Shown: piece by piece, positions 53,918 through 62,621 of the stretch
Layout of the letters: each line of letters begins with the position of its first letter
How positions within the stretch are numbered: the stretch's first letter is position 1
Origin: Gammaproteobacteria bacterium
GTDB lineage: Bacteria > Pseudomonadota > Gammaproteobacteria > Eutrophobiales > Eutrophobiaceae
Direction of reading: 5' to 3'
Assembly: GCA_965116495.1 (NCBI GenBank)
Contig: OZ220696.1
Coordinates: 576,001 to 640,000, forward strand
DNA length: 64,000 nt
Notes under the pieces: generated by a model
Told to the model about the DNA's origin: nothing
What the model saw: the letters and a program-made list of their open reading frames with translations, nothing else
The model's database searches: none
Program-made: the position numbers and the translations under genes

Positions 53918-54922
53918 ATGAGATACACCAGTAACATGGCCCTGCGAGCCGCTATTTTGGAACTTGAGTCCTACGATGTGGACGCAGCACCCATTCTCGC
54001 ACAGGAGGGGATGGAGCGGTTCATGGACCCGGATAGAGTAGAGCGCATAGCGTTAGGCGCCGTGCATCGGTTCTTACAGTTGGCACAGGAAGCCACCGGC
54101 GATCCCTGTTTTGGGCTGGACTACGGTAAGTTTATACGCCCAACAACTTTCGGGGCACTGGGCATCGCATTGTTATCCAGTACAGATCTAGCTGATTTCT
54201 GTACACGCCTGTGCCGCTACTATGAATTTATCGCCACCAATCACAGTCTGTCATTCGAATCGGCTGACGGGCAGACCTGGGTGGAGATTAAATCGGAGGT
54301 TCATAATCTCGAACCGGAGGTGTCACGCTCAATTATCAATGCGATTATTTCTATGATGCTCAAGTTCATTCGTGAAATTTCCGATCACCAGTATGCTCCA
54401 CCGAGAATAGAGATAATTGCTACCAGGATAGAAGGCACGGAGCAACGCTATATCGACAGTTTTGGCACCGCTGTAATTTTCTCTGCGAACAAAAATGCAT
54501 TGTACTTTGATCGACAGGTATTACATAAACCGCTATCCGCGGGTGATCGGGGCCTAGCAAGATTAAACGAGGAGTTAGTGGAAAAGTACCTGGAAAAAGT
54601 GAAAAAGGATGATCTGTCTTTCCAGGTATATGACGCCTTACTACAGGCACTGCCCAGTGGTAATGTTAGCAAAGAAACTATGGCAGATCGCTTTGCCATG
54701 AGTCTGACGGCATTTCATAATCATTTATTAAAAGCTGGTACAAGTTTTCAGAAGTTACTCGACGAGGCACGCCGTGAACTGGCAGAGATATACTTCGAAA
54801 AAAATATGTCGATTACCGATGTAGCATACATGCTAGGTTATAGCGACAGCAGCAATTTCACTCGGGCATATAAACGCTGGACCGGCAAAGCACCCACAAG
54901 AACTAATCCCACTGCGAACTGA
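53918..54922 (+). CDS. AraC-family regulator, paralog of 49003-50010
   Basis: Shares the same motifs (RYTSN, TGDPCFGL, RYYEFI.TNH, LGYSDSSNF). Confidence 0.92.
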   Translation: MRYTSNMALRAAILELESYDVDAAPILAQEGMERFMDPDRVERIALGAVHRFLQLAQEATGDPCFGLDYGKFIRPTTFGALGIALLSSTDLADFCTRLCRYYEFIATNHSLSFESADGQTWVEIKSEVHNLEPEVSRSIINAIISMMLKFIREISDHQYAPPRIEIIATRIEGTEQRYIDSFGTAVIFSANKNALYFDRQVLHKPLSAGDRGLARLNEELVEKYLEKVKKDDLSFQVYDALLQALPSGNVSKETMADRFAMSLTAFHNHLLKAGTSFQKLLDEARRELAEIYFEKNMSITDVAYMLGYSDSSNFTRAYKRWTGKAPTRTNPTAN

Positions 54923-54923
54923 A

Positions 54924-56018
54924 ATGAAGCAATCTATGTTTTATCGTGTGATGTTGATACCCAGCGTTGTCTGGCTGTCTGTTGTCTTTGGCGCTGCTAC
55001 GGGAACGGGCCGTGAAATAGTCGAATTTCTGGTTCCCGCTGGAGCCTGGGGTGGAATCGTGACGATAAGTGTTATCACTTTGGTGTACATAACAGGTTTT
55101 TTCCTGTGTTTTGAATTGGCCCGCCTTTTCAAAGCCTACGATTACCAACTCCTAAGCACTCAATTTCTGGGCAAGTTTTGGCCAGCCTATGAAGTGGCGA
55201 TCTTGCTTGCGATGATTCTGTCACTAGCCATTGTTTCAACAGCATCTGGTGAAATATTCTTTACACGATTTCAACTGCCAAGGTTATGGGGGGTGGTTGG
55301 AATGTTAACGATTATCATTTTATTCACTTACTATGGACGGGTATTTATCGAAAAAACGATGGCATTGACATCTATGCTGTTAATCATGACGTTCATTTAT
55401 ATCGGCATTCAAGTAATCGGGGGTGATGATTTAGCTATAGCCGATACCTTTGCTAATAGCGAAGTTCATTTTCATGGTGTGTGGAATGGGTTGGTATATT
55501 CGCTTGTCATTGTGGCTCTGATGCCGCTTATATTGTATGCCGGTCGAGATATTCGTTCTCGTGGTGAATCAGTGATTGCTGCCATGTGTGCTGGCATTAC
55601 AGGGGCGTTGCCACTCTTTTTCTTGCACACGATCTTCAGCCCGGGATATCCGGAAATTCTGGATGCCGAGATGCCGACTTTCTGGTTGCTGGAAAGTATC
55701 TCGCCCGACTGGTTTATTGATATCTATGCGATTATTCTTTTTATCATGATTGTGCAAACCGGGGTGGGGATGATGCAAGGATTTATTGAAAGAATGGATA
55801 GTTGGTACAATAGGCATCACGATGGATCGTTGTCGCCATTTTGGCACGCCATGCTATCTTGCTTAACTTTAGTAATAAGTCTTCTACTCTCTACTATGGG
55901 TTTCATTGAACTCGTCAGGAATGCGTATTGGCTGTTGTTCTATTGCTTCATCTTAATTTTCTGGGTTCCGCTCATGACAATCGGTGTTTACAAGGTTTAC
56001 AAGCACCGTGACAATTAA
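54924..56018 (+). CDS. YkvI-like membrane transporter
   Basis: About 10 TM segments; SVVFGA..GTGREIVEF motif. Confidence 0.75.
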   Translation: MKQSMFYRVMLIPSVVWLSVVFGAATGTGREIVEFLVPAGAWGGIVTISVITLVYITGFFLCFELARLFKAYDYQLLSTQFLGKFWPAYEVAILLAMILSLAIVSTASGEIFFTRFQLPRLWGVVGMLTIIILFTYYGRVFIEKTMALTSMLLIMTFIYIGIQVIGGDDLAIADTFANSEVHFHGVWNGLVYSLVIVALMPLILYAGRDIRSRGESVIAAMCAGITGALPLFFLHTIFSPGYPEILDAEMPTFWLLESISPDWFIDIYAIILFIMIVQTGVGMMQGFIERMDSWYNRHHDGSLSPFWHAMLSCLTLVISLLLSTMGFIELVRNAYWLLFYCFILIFWVPLMTIGVYKVYKHRDN

Positions 56019-56062
56019 GTTCAACTCCCTAATGAGTAACCTGACTAACGAGTGAGGATTCC

Positions 56063-57238
56063 ATGAGCGATAATAATTTCAACTTGAGTCCGGATTACTA
56101 CCAGATTCTGGATGCTGCAGATCGTTATGCCAAAGAGGAACTTCATCCTCTTTGGCGGAAAATGGACGAGCAGGACTGGTATCCAGAACATATCATGACT
56201 CAGTTAGGGAGCGATGGCTGGCTGGGAATTACTGTTCCTGAGGAAATGGGTGGGGCGGGTATGGATCTGCTGTCACAGAGCCTGGTATGCCAGGCGTTTC
56301 ATCGGTGGAACCATAGTATAGGCGCCATCGCTGGTGCCCATGACAACCTGTGTGTTAACAATATTCTGCGTAATGCGTCGCCAGCAATAGTGGAAAAGTA
56401 CATTCCCGACATGATAGCCGGTAAGAAAGTGGGCGCGTTAGGCATGACGGAGCCTGGTGCTGGCTCTGATGCTGTCGGTAGTATGGTGACCAGCGCCAGG
56501 CGAGAAGGTGATAAATACGTTATTAACGGGCGGAAAATATTCTGTTCAAACGGCCCGTTCGCTGATGTCATCCTGATGTATGCCAAGACCGATAAGGAAA
56601 AAGGTGCCGGTGGTGTCTCAGCTTTCGTTGTGGACACCAATGCTCCCGGTTTCTCCGTGGCGCAGAATTTACCCAAAATGGGCTGGCGCGGTCAGCACAC
56701 TGGTGAACTCGTTTTTGATGACTGTGAAATACCGGTGGAAAATCTGGTTGGGGAGGAAAACAAGGGTATCGCAGTGTTGATGAGCGGTCTGGATATCGAG
56801 CGCGTGTATTGCTCCTTCGAATGCCTGGGCATGGCCGAGCGCGCTTTTGATCTGGCCCTGGAATACGCTAAAGATAGAAAACAATTTGGTCAACCAATCG
56901 GTAATTTCCAGATGGTACAAGATATGCTGGCCACTATGTATACCACTGTTGAGTCGATGCGGTTGATGTGTTACCGGGCGGCTACCGAATTTAACTATCT
57001 GGAAAAAGGTAGCGGTGGTCGTGGGGCTGAGCACAAGTTGTCAGCAGCGACATTTCTTCACTGCGGTGAGGGTGTTACCAAGGTTACTGACCTGGCGGTA
57101 CAAATCTGGGGAGGCTATGGTTTTATCACCGAATCAGAGGTTAATTACCTGTTCCGGGGTGCCCGCCTGATGACTATCGGAGGTGGTACAGCCCAAATTC
57201 GCAAGATAATCATCGCAGAAGAACTTATGCGTCAGTGA
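56063..57238 (+). CDS. Acyl-CoA dehydrogenase (isovaleryl-CoA dehydrogenase-like)
   Basis: MTEPGAGSD, SGLDIER, RKQFGQPI..FQ, IGGGT. Confidence 0.92.
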   Translation: MSDNNFNLSPDYYQILDAADRYAKEELHPLWRKMDEQDWYPEHIMTQLGSDGWLGITVPEEMGGAGMDLLSQSLVCQAFHRWNHSIGAIAGAHDNLCVNNILRNASPAIVEKYIPDMIAGKKVGALGMTEPGAGSDAVGSMVTSARREGDKYVINGRKIFCSNGPFADVILMYAKTDKEKGAGGVSAFVVDTNAPGFSVAQNLPKMGWRGQHTGELVFDDCEIPVENLVGEENKGIAVLMSGLDIERVYCSFECLGMAERAFDLALEYAKDRKQFGQPIGNFQMVQDMLATMYTTVESMRLMCYRAATEFNYLEKGSGGRGAEHKLSAATFLHCGEGVTKVTDLAVQIWGGYGFITESEVNYLFRGARLMTIGGGTAQIRKIIIAEELMRQ

Positions 57239-57261
57239 TTATAGGTTGATGGCCAAATAAA

Positions 57262-57328
57262 GCTGTTCGCCATTTAAAGAGGTACGCGGGCCGGGTTTAG
57301 AACGTCCTGAGACAGTTCGGTCGCTATC
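57262..57328 (+). pseudogene. 67-bp fragment of 23S rRNA (E. coli ~2550-2616)
   Basis: 63/67 identical to 42780-42846 of this window's 23S gene. Confidence 0.93.
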
Positions 57329-57344
57329 GACCGGCCTTTTTTTA
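57318..57344 (+). terminator. Hairpin plus T-tract formed partly from the 23S fragment
   Basis: CGGTCG-CTAT-CGACCG, then GCC and T8. Confidence 0.55.
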
Positions 57345-57441
57345 AGTCGTTCTTCCGGTTTATCGACCAACACCGGATTGAACCGTCTGGTCTGGTATGA
57401 AACAATTGAAGCAAATTCATGGAAAAAAAGAACGGGCAAAA

Positions 57442-58785
57442 ATGAAAAGAAGAGATTTCATGAAATATACCGGTGCGAGCTGCGCGATGCTTGCTGCCAC
57501 TGATAGTCTCGCAGCAATAGATGACTGGAGCTCTATCCATCCACCGGTAGTTGGGGAGCTGGACCTCAATGAAATCAATATAGTAGACACGCATGTGCAT
57601 CCACCCCACCCGATCACGTTGAGCGAATCTTACGATAAATGGAATTCATCCTTTGTTGGTTCAATGCTGCCCGGTTATGAATACGAAGGTAAGGAACAAT
57701 TAAGGAAGAGACTGTCATCCGTATTCAAGCAACACCTGTATAACATGCCGAGACAAACCGGTTATTACAACTATGTAGCAAGGGTGTATGGTGTAAAACC
57801 CGATTTAGACGGGTTTAACTCAGTTGTTACCAGAGGCATAAAAAGCGGTTTCAGCAGTTATATAGCATCCATTCTGGACCGGGAAAAAATAGAAAAGGTA
57901 GTATTGGAATCACGTGAAATTGAAGCCAGACGGCCGGAGAGTCCAATCCCATCCGATCGATTTGTATGGAGTTACAATATTGCTAGGATTATTCAACCGG
58001 AATGGGCTGCCGAGAAAGGATTAAGTTCTCTAAGGGATGTCGTCGCCGAAATAAGTAATATCCTGGAGCGCTGTGTGGCTGATGGTTGTGTCGGATTCAA
58101 GGTTAATGTGGCCTATTACAGGCCCCTGGGTATTGATTTGATTGATGCTGAAACGGCGGAAAAGGCCTTGCGGAAACTGCTTAAAAACCCTGCTACCTCG
58201 TTTGTACCATTCAGTAACGTTGCGGATTATCAAGAAACCGACATGCAGGAAGCGTTTCGCAATTACCAGGACTTCTTACTCAGGCATATTTATATCAAAG
58301 CAGGCGAGTTGAAGTCACGGGTTATTATTCATACCGCGGTGGCATTGCACCCGGCATTGAGGTTTGATTTCAATAGTCCATTAAGATTGAGAGATGTATT
58401 TCTGGATGACGAAATCAAAAAAGTAGAGACCCGGTTCCTCCTGATTCATACCGGGTATCCGTATCATCAGCACGTTGCGGCAATGCTGAGCCAGTTTCCT
58501 AACGTGTATACGGATCTTTCTTTCTATTCAAAGTTTCCCGGTGTGTTGGAAGAGACGTTGAGAGCCTTTCTGGCTTTGGCGCCGGCTGACAAGGTAATGC
58601 ATGGTAGTGATTCCAATAATGTACCTGAGGAGATAGGTTACTGCGCCTGGAATGTTCGTCAGGTCCTGGCGAAAATATTAAGAGATTACAAGTCCAATTA
58701 CGGCTGGAGTCAGTCCAATTGCGAAGAGATCGCAAATAAAGTATTACACGAAAATGCGAAAAGGCTTTTTTCAATCGACGGCTGA
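57442..58785 (+). CDS. Amidohydrolase-family metalloenzyme with Tat signal
   Basis: MKRRDFMK twin-arginine leader; DTHVHP, GFK..AY, IHT, LIH.GYPY, HGSD. Confidence 0.85.
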   Translation: MKRRDFMKYTGASCAMLAATDSLAAIDDWSSIHPPVVGELDLNEINIVDTHVHPPHPITLSESYDKWNSSFVGSMLPGYEYEGKEQLRKRLSSVFKQHLYNMPRQTGYYNYVARVYGVKPDLDGFNSVVTRGIKSGFSSYIASILDREKIEKVVLESREIEARRPESPIPSDRFVWSYNIARIIQPEWAAEKGLSSLRDVVAEISNILERCVADGCVGFKVNVAYYRPLGIDLIDAETAEKALRKLLKNPATSFVPFSNVADYQETDMQEAFRNYQDFLLRHIYIKAGELKSRVIIHTAVALHPALRFDFNSPLRLRDVFLDDEIKKVETRFLLIHTGYPYHQHVAAMLSQFPNVYTDLSFYSKFPGVLEETLRAFLALAPADKVMHGSDSNNVPEEIGYCAWNVRQVLAKILRDYKSNYGWSQSNCEEIANKVLHENAKRLFSIDG

Positions 58786-58858
58786 GCAGCCTGGTGAGAA
58801 GGTAATCATCCGTCTATAAGCATTGTGGAATAAAGTCGCGCCAGTCTGGGCCGGCGCC

Positions 58859-58874
58859 AGGTCACCGCCAGGGC
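58859..58874 (+). repeat. Direct repeat of the 5S rRNA 3' end (putative att site)
   Basis: AGGTCACCGCCAGGGC is identical to 43319-43334 and is followed by a similar spacer and a terminator. Confidence 0.75.
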
Positions 58875-58880
58875 ATAATA

Positions 58881-58913
58881 AAAAAGGCCGGTCGTCAGAC
58901 TGGCCTTTAGTTT
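58881..58913. terminator. Bidirectional rho-independent terminator
   Basis: AAAGGCCGGTC-GTCA-GACTGGCCTTT between convergent genes. Confidence 0.82.
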
Positions 58914-58926
58914 AATTGAGTTGATT

Positions 58927-61266
58927 TTACCAGTTGTAGCCGACTTCAACTCCATAGGTGCGGGGCGGCCCCTGCATCTGATGGGCAAATCCCAAGCCGC
59001 TGATAATATCCTGACCGGATGTGAGGTATTTCTCGTTGGTGAGATTCATGACCCACAGTGCCGCATCCCAGTTGCCGTTATCCTGTTGCATGCTCAGGCG
59101 ACCATTCAGCAGGAAGTAGCCGTCTTCTTCCAGTATCAGGCGGTTATTGGGTTCCAGAAAATGTTTGTCGACATACTTGAAGTCACCCTGAAGGTAAGGG
59201 CGAAATCCCCCCATGAGCGGCAATTCCAAACGCGCCCGCCCGTTAAAAGACCAGTCCGGAGCGTTGGTGATCTCGTTACCCTTGATAGTCGCGGCAGGAC
59301 CTCCTCCAAGTGAAGACAGGACAACTTCGGTCTCAACGATTTCATTGTCCAGCCAACTTACGCCCAAATCGACATAGAACCGTTCAGTCATCAGCCACTG
59401 TATAGACCCTTCAGCCCCGAAGATTTCCACGTCACCGGCGTTTTGCAGGCGCGCACTGATCTCGGTGCCACGCACGAATGTAGCCTGGTAACCCTCGAAG
59501 TCATAGAAAAATCCACTTGCATTGAACTGCATGCGTCCGTCCAGCAGGGTCCACTTGAACCCGCCTTCATAGGCCCGGAGGGATTCGACACCGAATGGCT
59601 CCAGCGCCGGTTGTGAAAATATCACGGCGCCTGAATATCCACCGCTACGAAAGCCTTCACTCACGGACATATACCACATCATATTGTCGGTCGGGCTGTA
59701 TTTGAGCGCGACCCGGAAGTCGACGTTTTCTTCGTCCTGCTTGTTCTCGAAGTCCAGGGGGCCGCCGGGCATAAAGCCGTCGCAAGTGCCGCCGGGCGTG
59801 ATGGGCAAGGCCGATAATGGACAGGGTGTGAAACCGGGGGTTGTCAGGGACGCAAAAGCGTTATCGAGGTCCGTATAAGTGCCGATAAACGAACCGCCTG
59901 TCCAGTCGCGTTCTTCGTGCGTGAAACGCAGACCAGCCTCGACCTCGACCTGGTCGGTAATGGGAACAGTGACATCGCCGAATACCGCCCAGGATTCCGT
60001 ATCCTGGTCGGCGCCGTTGCTGGTCGGTATCGCGATGTCGCTCAGGTCAATGGTCTGGAACCAGGCGATGTCGCTCTGGAAGTAAAAGCCGCCTATGATC
60101 CACTCAAATCCCCAGGAATCATCCGACGTGATGCGCACCTCCTGGCTGAAGCTGTCTACCTCGCTGTCGATGGTGTCGTTATTGCCGATCACGAAACGGG
60201 AGGCATCGAGATCCTGCGACTGCTCTTTTTCGAAGTGCTCATAACCGGTGATCGAGGTGACAGTGAAACGCGGTAAACGCCAGTTGATATGTCCTATCAC
60301 GTTATGATCTTCCATTTCGACCATGGGCTCGGCGTCGGCCTCGGTATCGAAGCGGTTATCGTCGGGATCAAAATTCCCCAGCAAACCCACACATTGTCCT
60401 TCGGCGCGCCTTCCCGCCTGCACAGGGGCGCAGACTCCACCCCCGGCAGGGTCCAGCGCATTGGAAGCCTCGAGTAGCGGTTCCTCGGACTCATGGTAAC
60501 CGTAGTTGAAGATCACCCGCGCATCAAAATCCTCCGTCGGCAGCCAGTGGAGTTGGCCGCGCACTGCGATCCGGTCGTCTTCACCAATGGTATTATCCGT
60601 CAGACGGTTGTAAGCGTAACCCGAACCCGAGTCACTGAGCTGTCCGGAAACGGACACCCGGCCCAGCAGGGTTTCAGAGAGCGGGCCGCTCACCGCGCCC
60701 TCGACGGTGGCGGTGTTATAGCGCTGGTAACCGGCGCGAACATAGCCTTCCGCTTCAGACGTCGGCAGGGCCGAGATAATGTTCACCGCGCCGCCGGTGC
60801 TGTTACGGCCGTAGAGTGTTCCTTGCGGACCCTTGAGCACTTCAACCCGCTCCACGTCCATCAGGGCGAAGTTCAAGGTATCCGGCGTGGGCTTGTAGAC
60901 CTCGTCCACGTAGACGCCGACCGATGAATCGACCGTGCCCGAAAAATCGTTGATCCCCACGCCGCGCAGGTAAAAGCTCACGGTTCGCAGGCCGTTCGGA
61001 CCGAACTTGGTAAGCAGCCCGGGTGTCTGCATGGCCAGGTCTCTCGGCTCCTTGATTCTCAGCGAATGGAGGTCTTCGCCTGAAAACACCGTGACCGGAT
61101 TGGCGACGTTCTGAAGCGTCTCCTCACGCTTCTGGGCGGTCACCACGATTTCTTCCAACACCTGGGCCGGCACAGTAACACTGAACATCAGTAATCCGAA
61201 TCCGGCGCACAGGTAACGGCAGATGTAAGGAAGTCGAACTAGCAGACAAGCGGTTTGCAATGGCAT
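58927..61266 (-). CDS. TonB-dependent outer-membrane receptor
   Basis: LEEIVVTAQKR, VEVLKGPQGTLYGRN, terminal PRTYG.EVGYNW. Confidence 0.93.
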   Translation of the reverse strand: MPLQTACLLVRLPYICRYLCAGFGLLMFSVTVPAQVLEEIVVTAQKREETLQNVANPVTVFSGEDLHSLRIKEPRDLAMQTPGLLTKFGPNGLRTVSFYLRGVGINDFSGTVDSSVGVYVDEVYKPTPDTLNFALMDVERVEVLKGPQGTLYGRNSTGGAVNIISALPTSEAEGYVRAGYQRYNTATVEGAVSGPLSETLLGRVSVSGQLSDSGSGYAYNRLTDNTIGEDDRIAVRGQLHWLPTEDFDARVIFNYGYHESEEPLLEASNALDPAGGGVCAPVQAGRRAEGQCVGLLGNFDPDDNRFDTEADAEPMVEMEDHNVIGHINWRLPRFTVTSITGYEHFEKEQSQDLDASRFVIGNNDTIDSEVDSFSQEVRITSDDSWGFEWIIGGFYFQSDIAWFQTIDLSDIAIPTSNGADQDTESWAVFGDVTVPITDQVEVEAGLRFTHEERDWTGGSFIGTYTDLDNAFASLTTPGFTPCPLSALPITPGGTCDGFMPGGPLDFENKQDEENVDFRVALKYSPTDNMMWYMSVSEGFRSGGYSGAVIFSQPALEPFGVESLRAYEGGFKWTLLDGRMQFNASGFFYDFEGYQATFVRGTEISARLQNAGDVEIFGAEGSIQWLMTERFYVDLGVSWLDNEIVETEVVLSSLGGGPAATIKGNEITNAPDWSFNGRARLELPLMGGFRPYLQGDFKYVDKHFLEPNNRLILEEDGYFLLNGRLSMQQDNGNWDAALWVMNLTNEKYLTSGQDIISGLGFAHQMQGPPRTYGVEVGYNW

Positions 61267-61363
61267 CTGACAATCCTCCTCGCGAGGTGTTGTACTTATA
61301 AAACAACCAGGAATAAATCAGGACAAACTGTAATCATCCTAGCTGAAACTGAATTCACATTCA

Positions 61364-61400
61364 ACCATGGCTCCGAGGACAACACCATGGCTCCGAGGAC
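61364..61400. repeat. 17-bp direct repeat with 20-bp period
   Basis: ACCATGGCTCCGAGGAC at 61364 and 61384. Confidence 0.8.
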
Positions 61401-61489
61401 GTAGGCTATATATTCCGCCTGCTCCGGCGGAATCGATGCCTGGTATTTGAAGACATCTGGTGTTTTGCCATGCGGTTGTGTGAGTGAGA

Positions 61490-62545
61490 CTACATATTTA
61501 CAGTATATAGCCAGTTAAACCTGTCCGGCGCACGGCCCTCCTGGATATCGAGCAGTTCATTCCGCAGCCTGTTCGAGACAGGGCCGGAAACCTCGGGTAA
61601 TTCATAAATGGCGCCATCCTTCTCGGCTATCACGCTGATTGGGGCGATGACGGCCGCAGTGCCGCAGGCAAAGGCCTCGGTACACCGTTTTGAACGAATT
61701 TGTTGCAGCAGCGCGTCGATTGCAATCTTTCCTTCCCGGACCGGGATCCCGAGATCTGCTGCCAGGGCAATCACTGAATCCCGCGTCACTCCCGGGAGAA
61801 TCGTACCGCCCGTTTCAGGGGTATGTAACTCTCCGTCAATCACCGCAAAAAAATTCATGGCTGACAATTCTTCAATGTATTTCTGTGCGCGTGCATCAAG
61901 CCACAGGGGCTGGTTGAAGCCGCTGTCCATTGCAGCCGTCGAGGAATGCAGGGATGCGCCGTAATTACCGCTGGCCTTGACATTGCCGGTGCCACCTGTA
62001 GAGGCGCGGGTCCTTTCCCGCTCCACCACGACCCGCAGGCTGCCGGCGATGAGGGCGTCCGAGGGGCTGGCGATAACGAGAAAAGTAAAACGGTCGGAAG
62101 GGGTCAGGCCCAGTGAAGGCTGCGTACCGAACATCAGTGGACGCAGGTAGAGCGATTGGCCCGGCAGTCCCGGAATGAGTGGGCCGGCGCATGCGGAAAG
62201 CGCGGATACCCCTTCAATAAAGTATGTCTCGGGCAGTTCAGGCATCAGCATGCGTGTGCACGAGCGCTTGAACCTGGCGGCATTCATATGCGGCCTGAAC
62301 AGTTTTATCTGTGCATGTTCTCCCCGGTATGCCTTGAGTCCCTCGAACACAACCTGCGCGAAATGCAATACTTTCGCGGCGGGGTCAATGGAAATGCCGG
62401 CATAAGGCAATAATTGACTCTCGCCCCAGGCGCCGTCCGCAAAATCGAGCCGGTACATGACCGGCGCGAGGGTATCTCCGAAGCCCAGTTCATCAGGCAA
62501 CTCGAAGCGCTCAATGGCTGGTAATACTTCCGGATGGACGTTCAT
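61490..62545 (-). CDS. ilvE: Branched-chain amino acid aminotransferase
   Basis: FEGLKAY, LYLRP, GTGNVKASGNY, ILPGVTR, CGTAAVI. Confidence 0.92.
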   Translation of the reverse strand: MNVHPEVLPAIERFELPDELGFGDTLAPVMYRLDFADGAWGESQLLPYAGISIDPAAKVLHFAQVVFEGLKAYRGEHAQIKLFRPHMNAARFKRSCTRMLMPELPETYFIEGVSALSACAGPLIPGLPGQSLYLRPLMFGTQPSLGLTPSDRFTFLVIASPSDALIAGSLRVVVERERTRASTGGTGNVKASGNYGASLHSSTAAMDSGFNQPLWLDARAQKYIEELSAMNFFAVIDGELHTPETGGTILPGVTRDSVIALAADLGIPVREGKIAIDALLQQIRSKRCTEAFACGTAAVIAPISVIAEKDGAIYELPEVSGPVSNRLRNELLDIQEGRAPDRFNWLYTVNM

Positions 62546-62621
62546 CGTGACTATTGTTGCCAGGGGGCAGAATTAACTCTGTCCCCGAAGTTCACACAGT
62601 AATGAGACGAAGTTACCCGTT

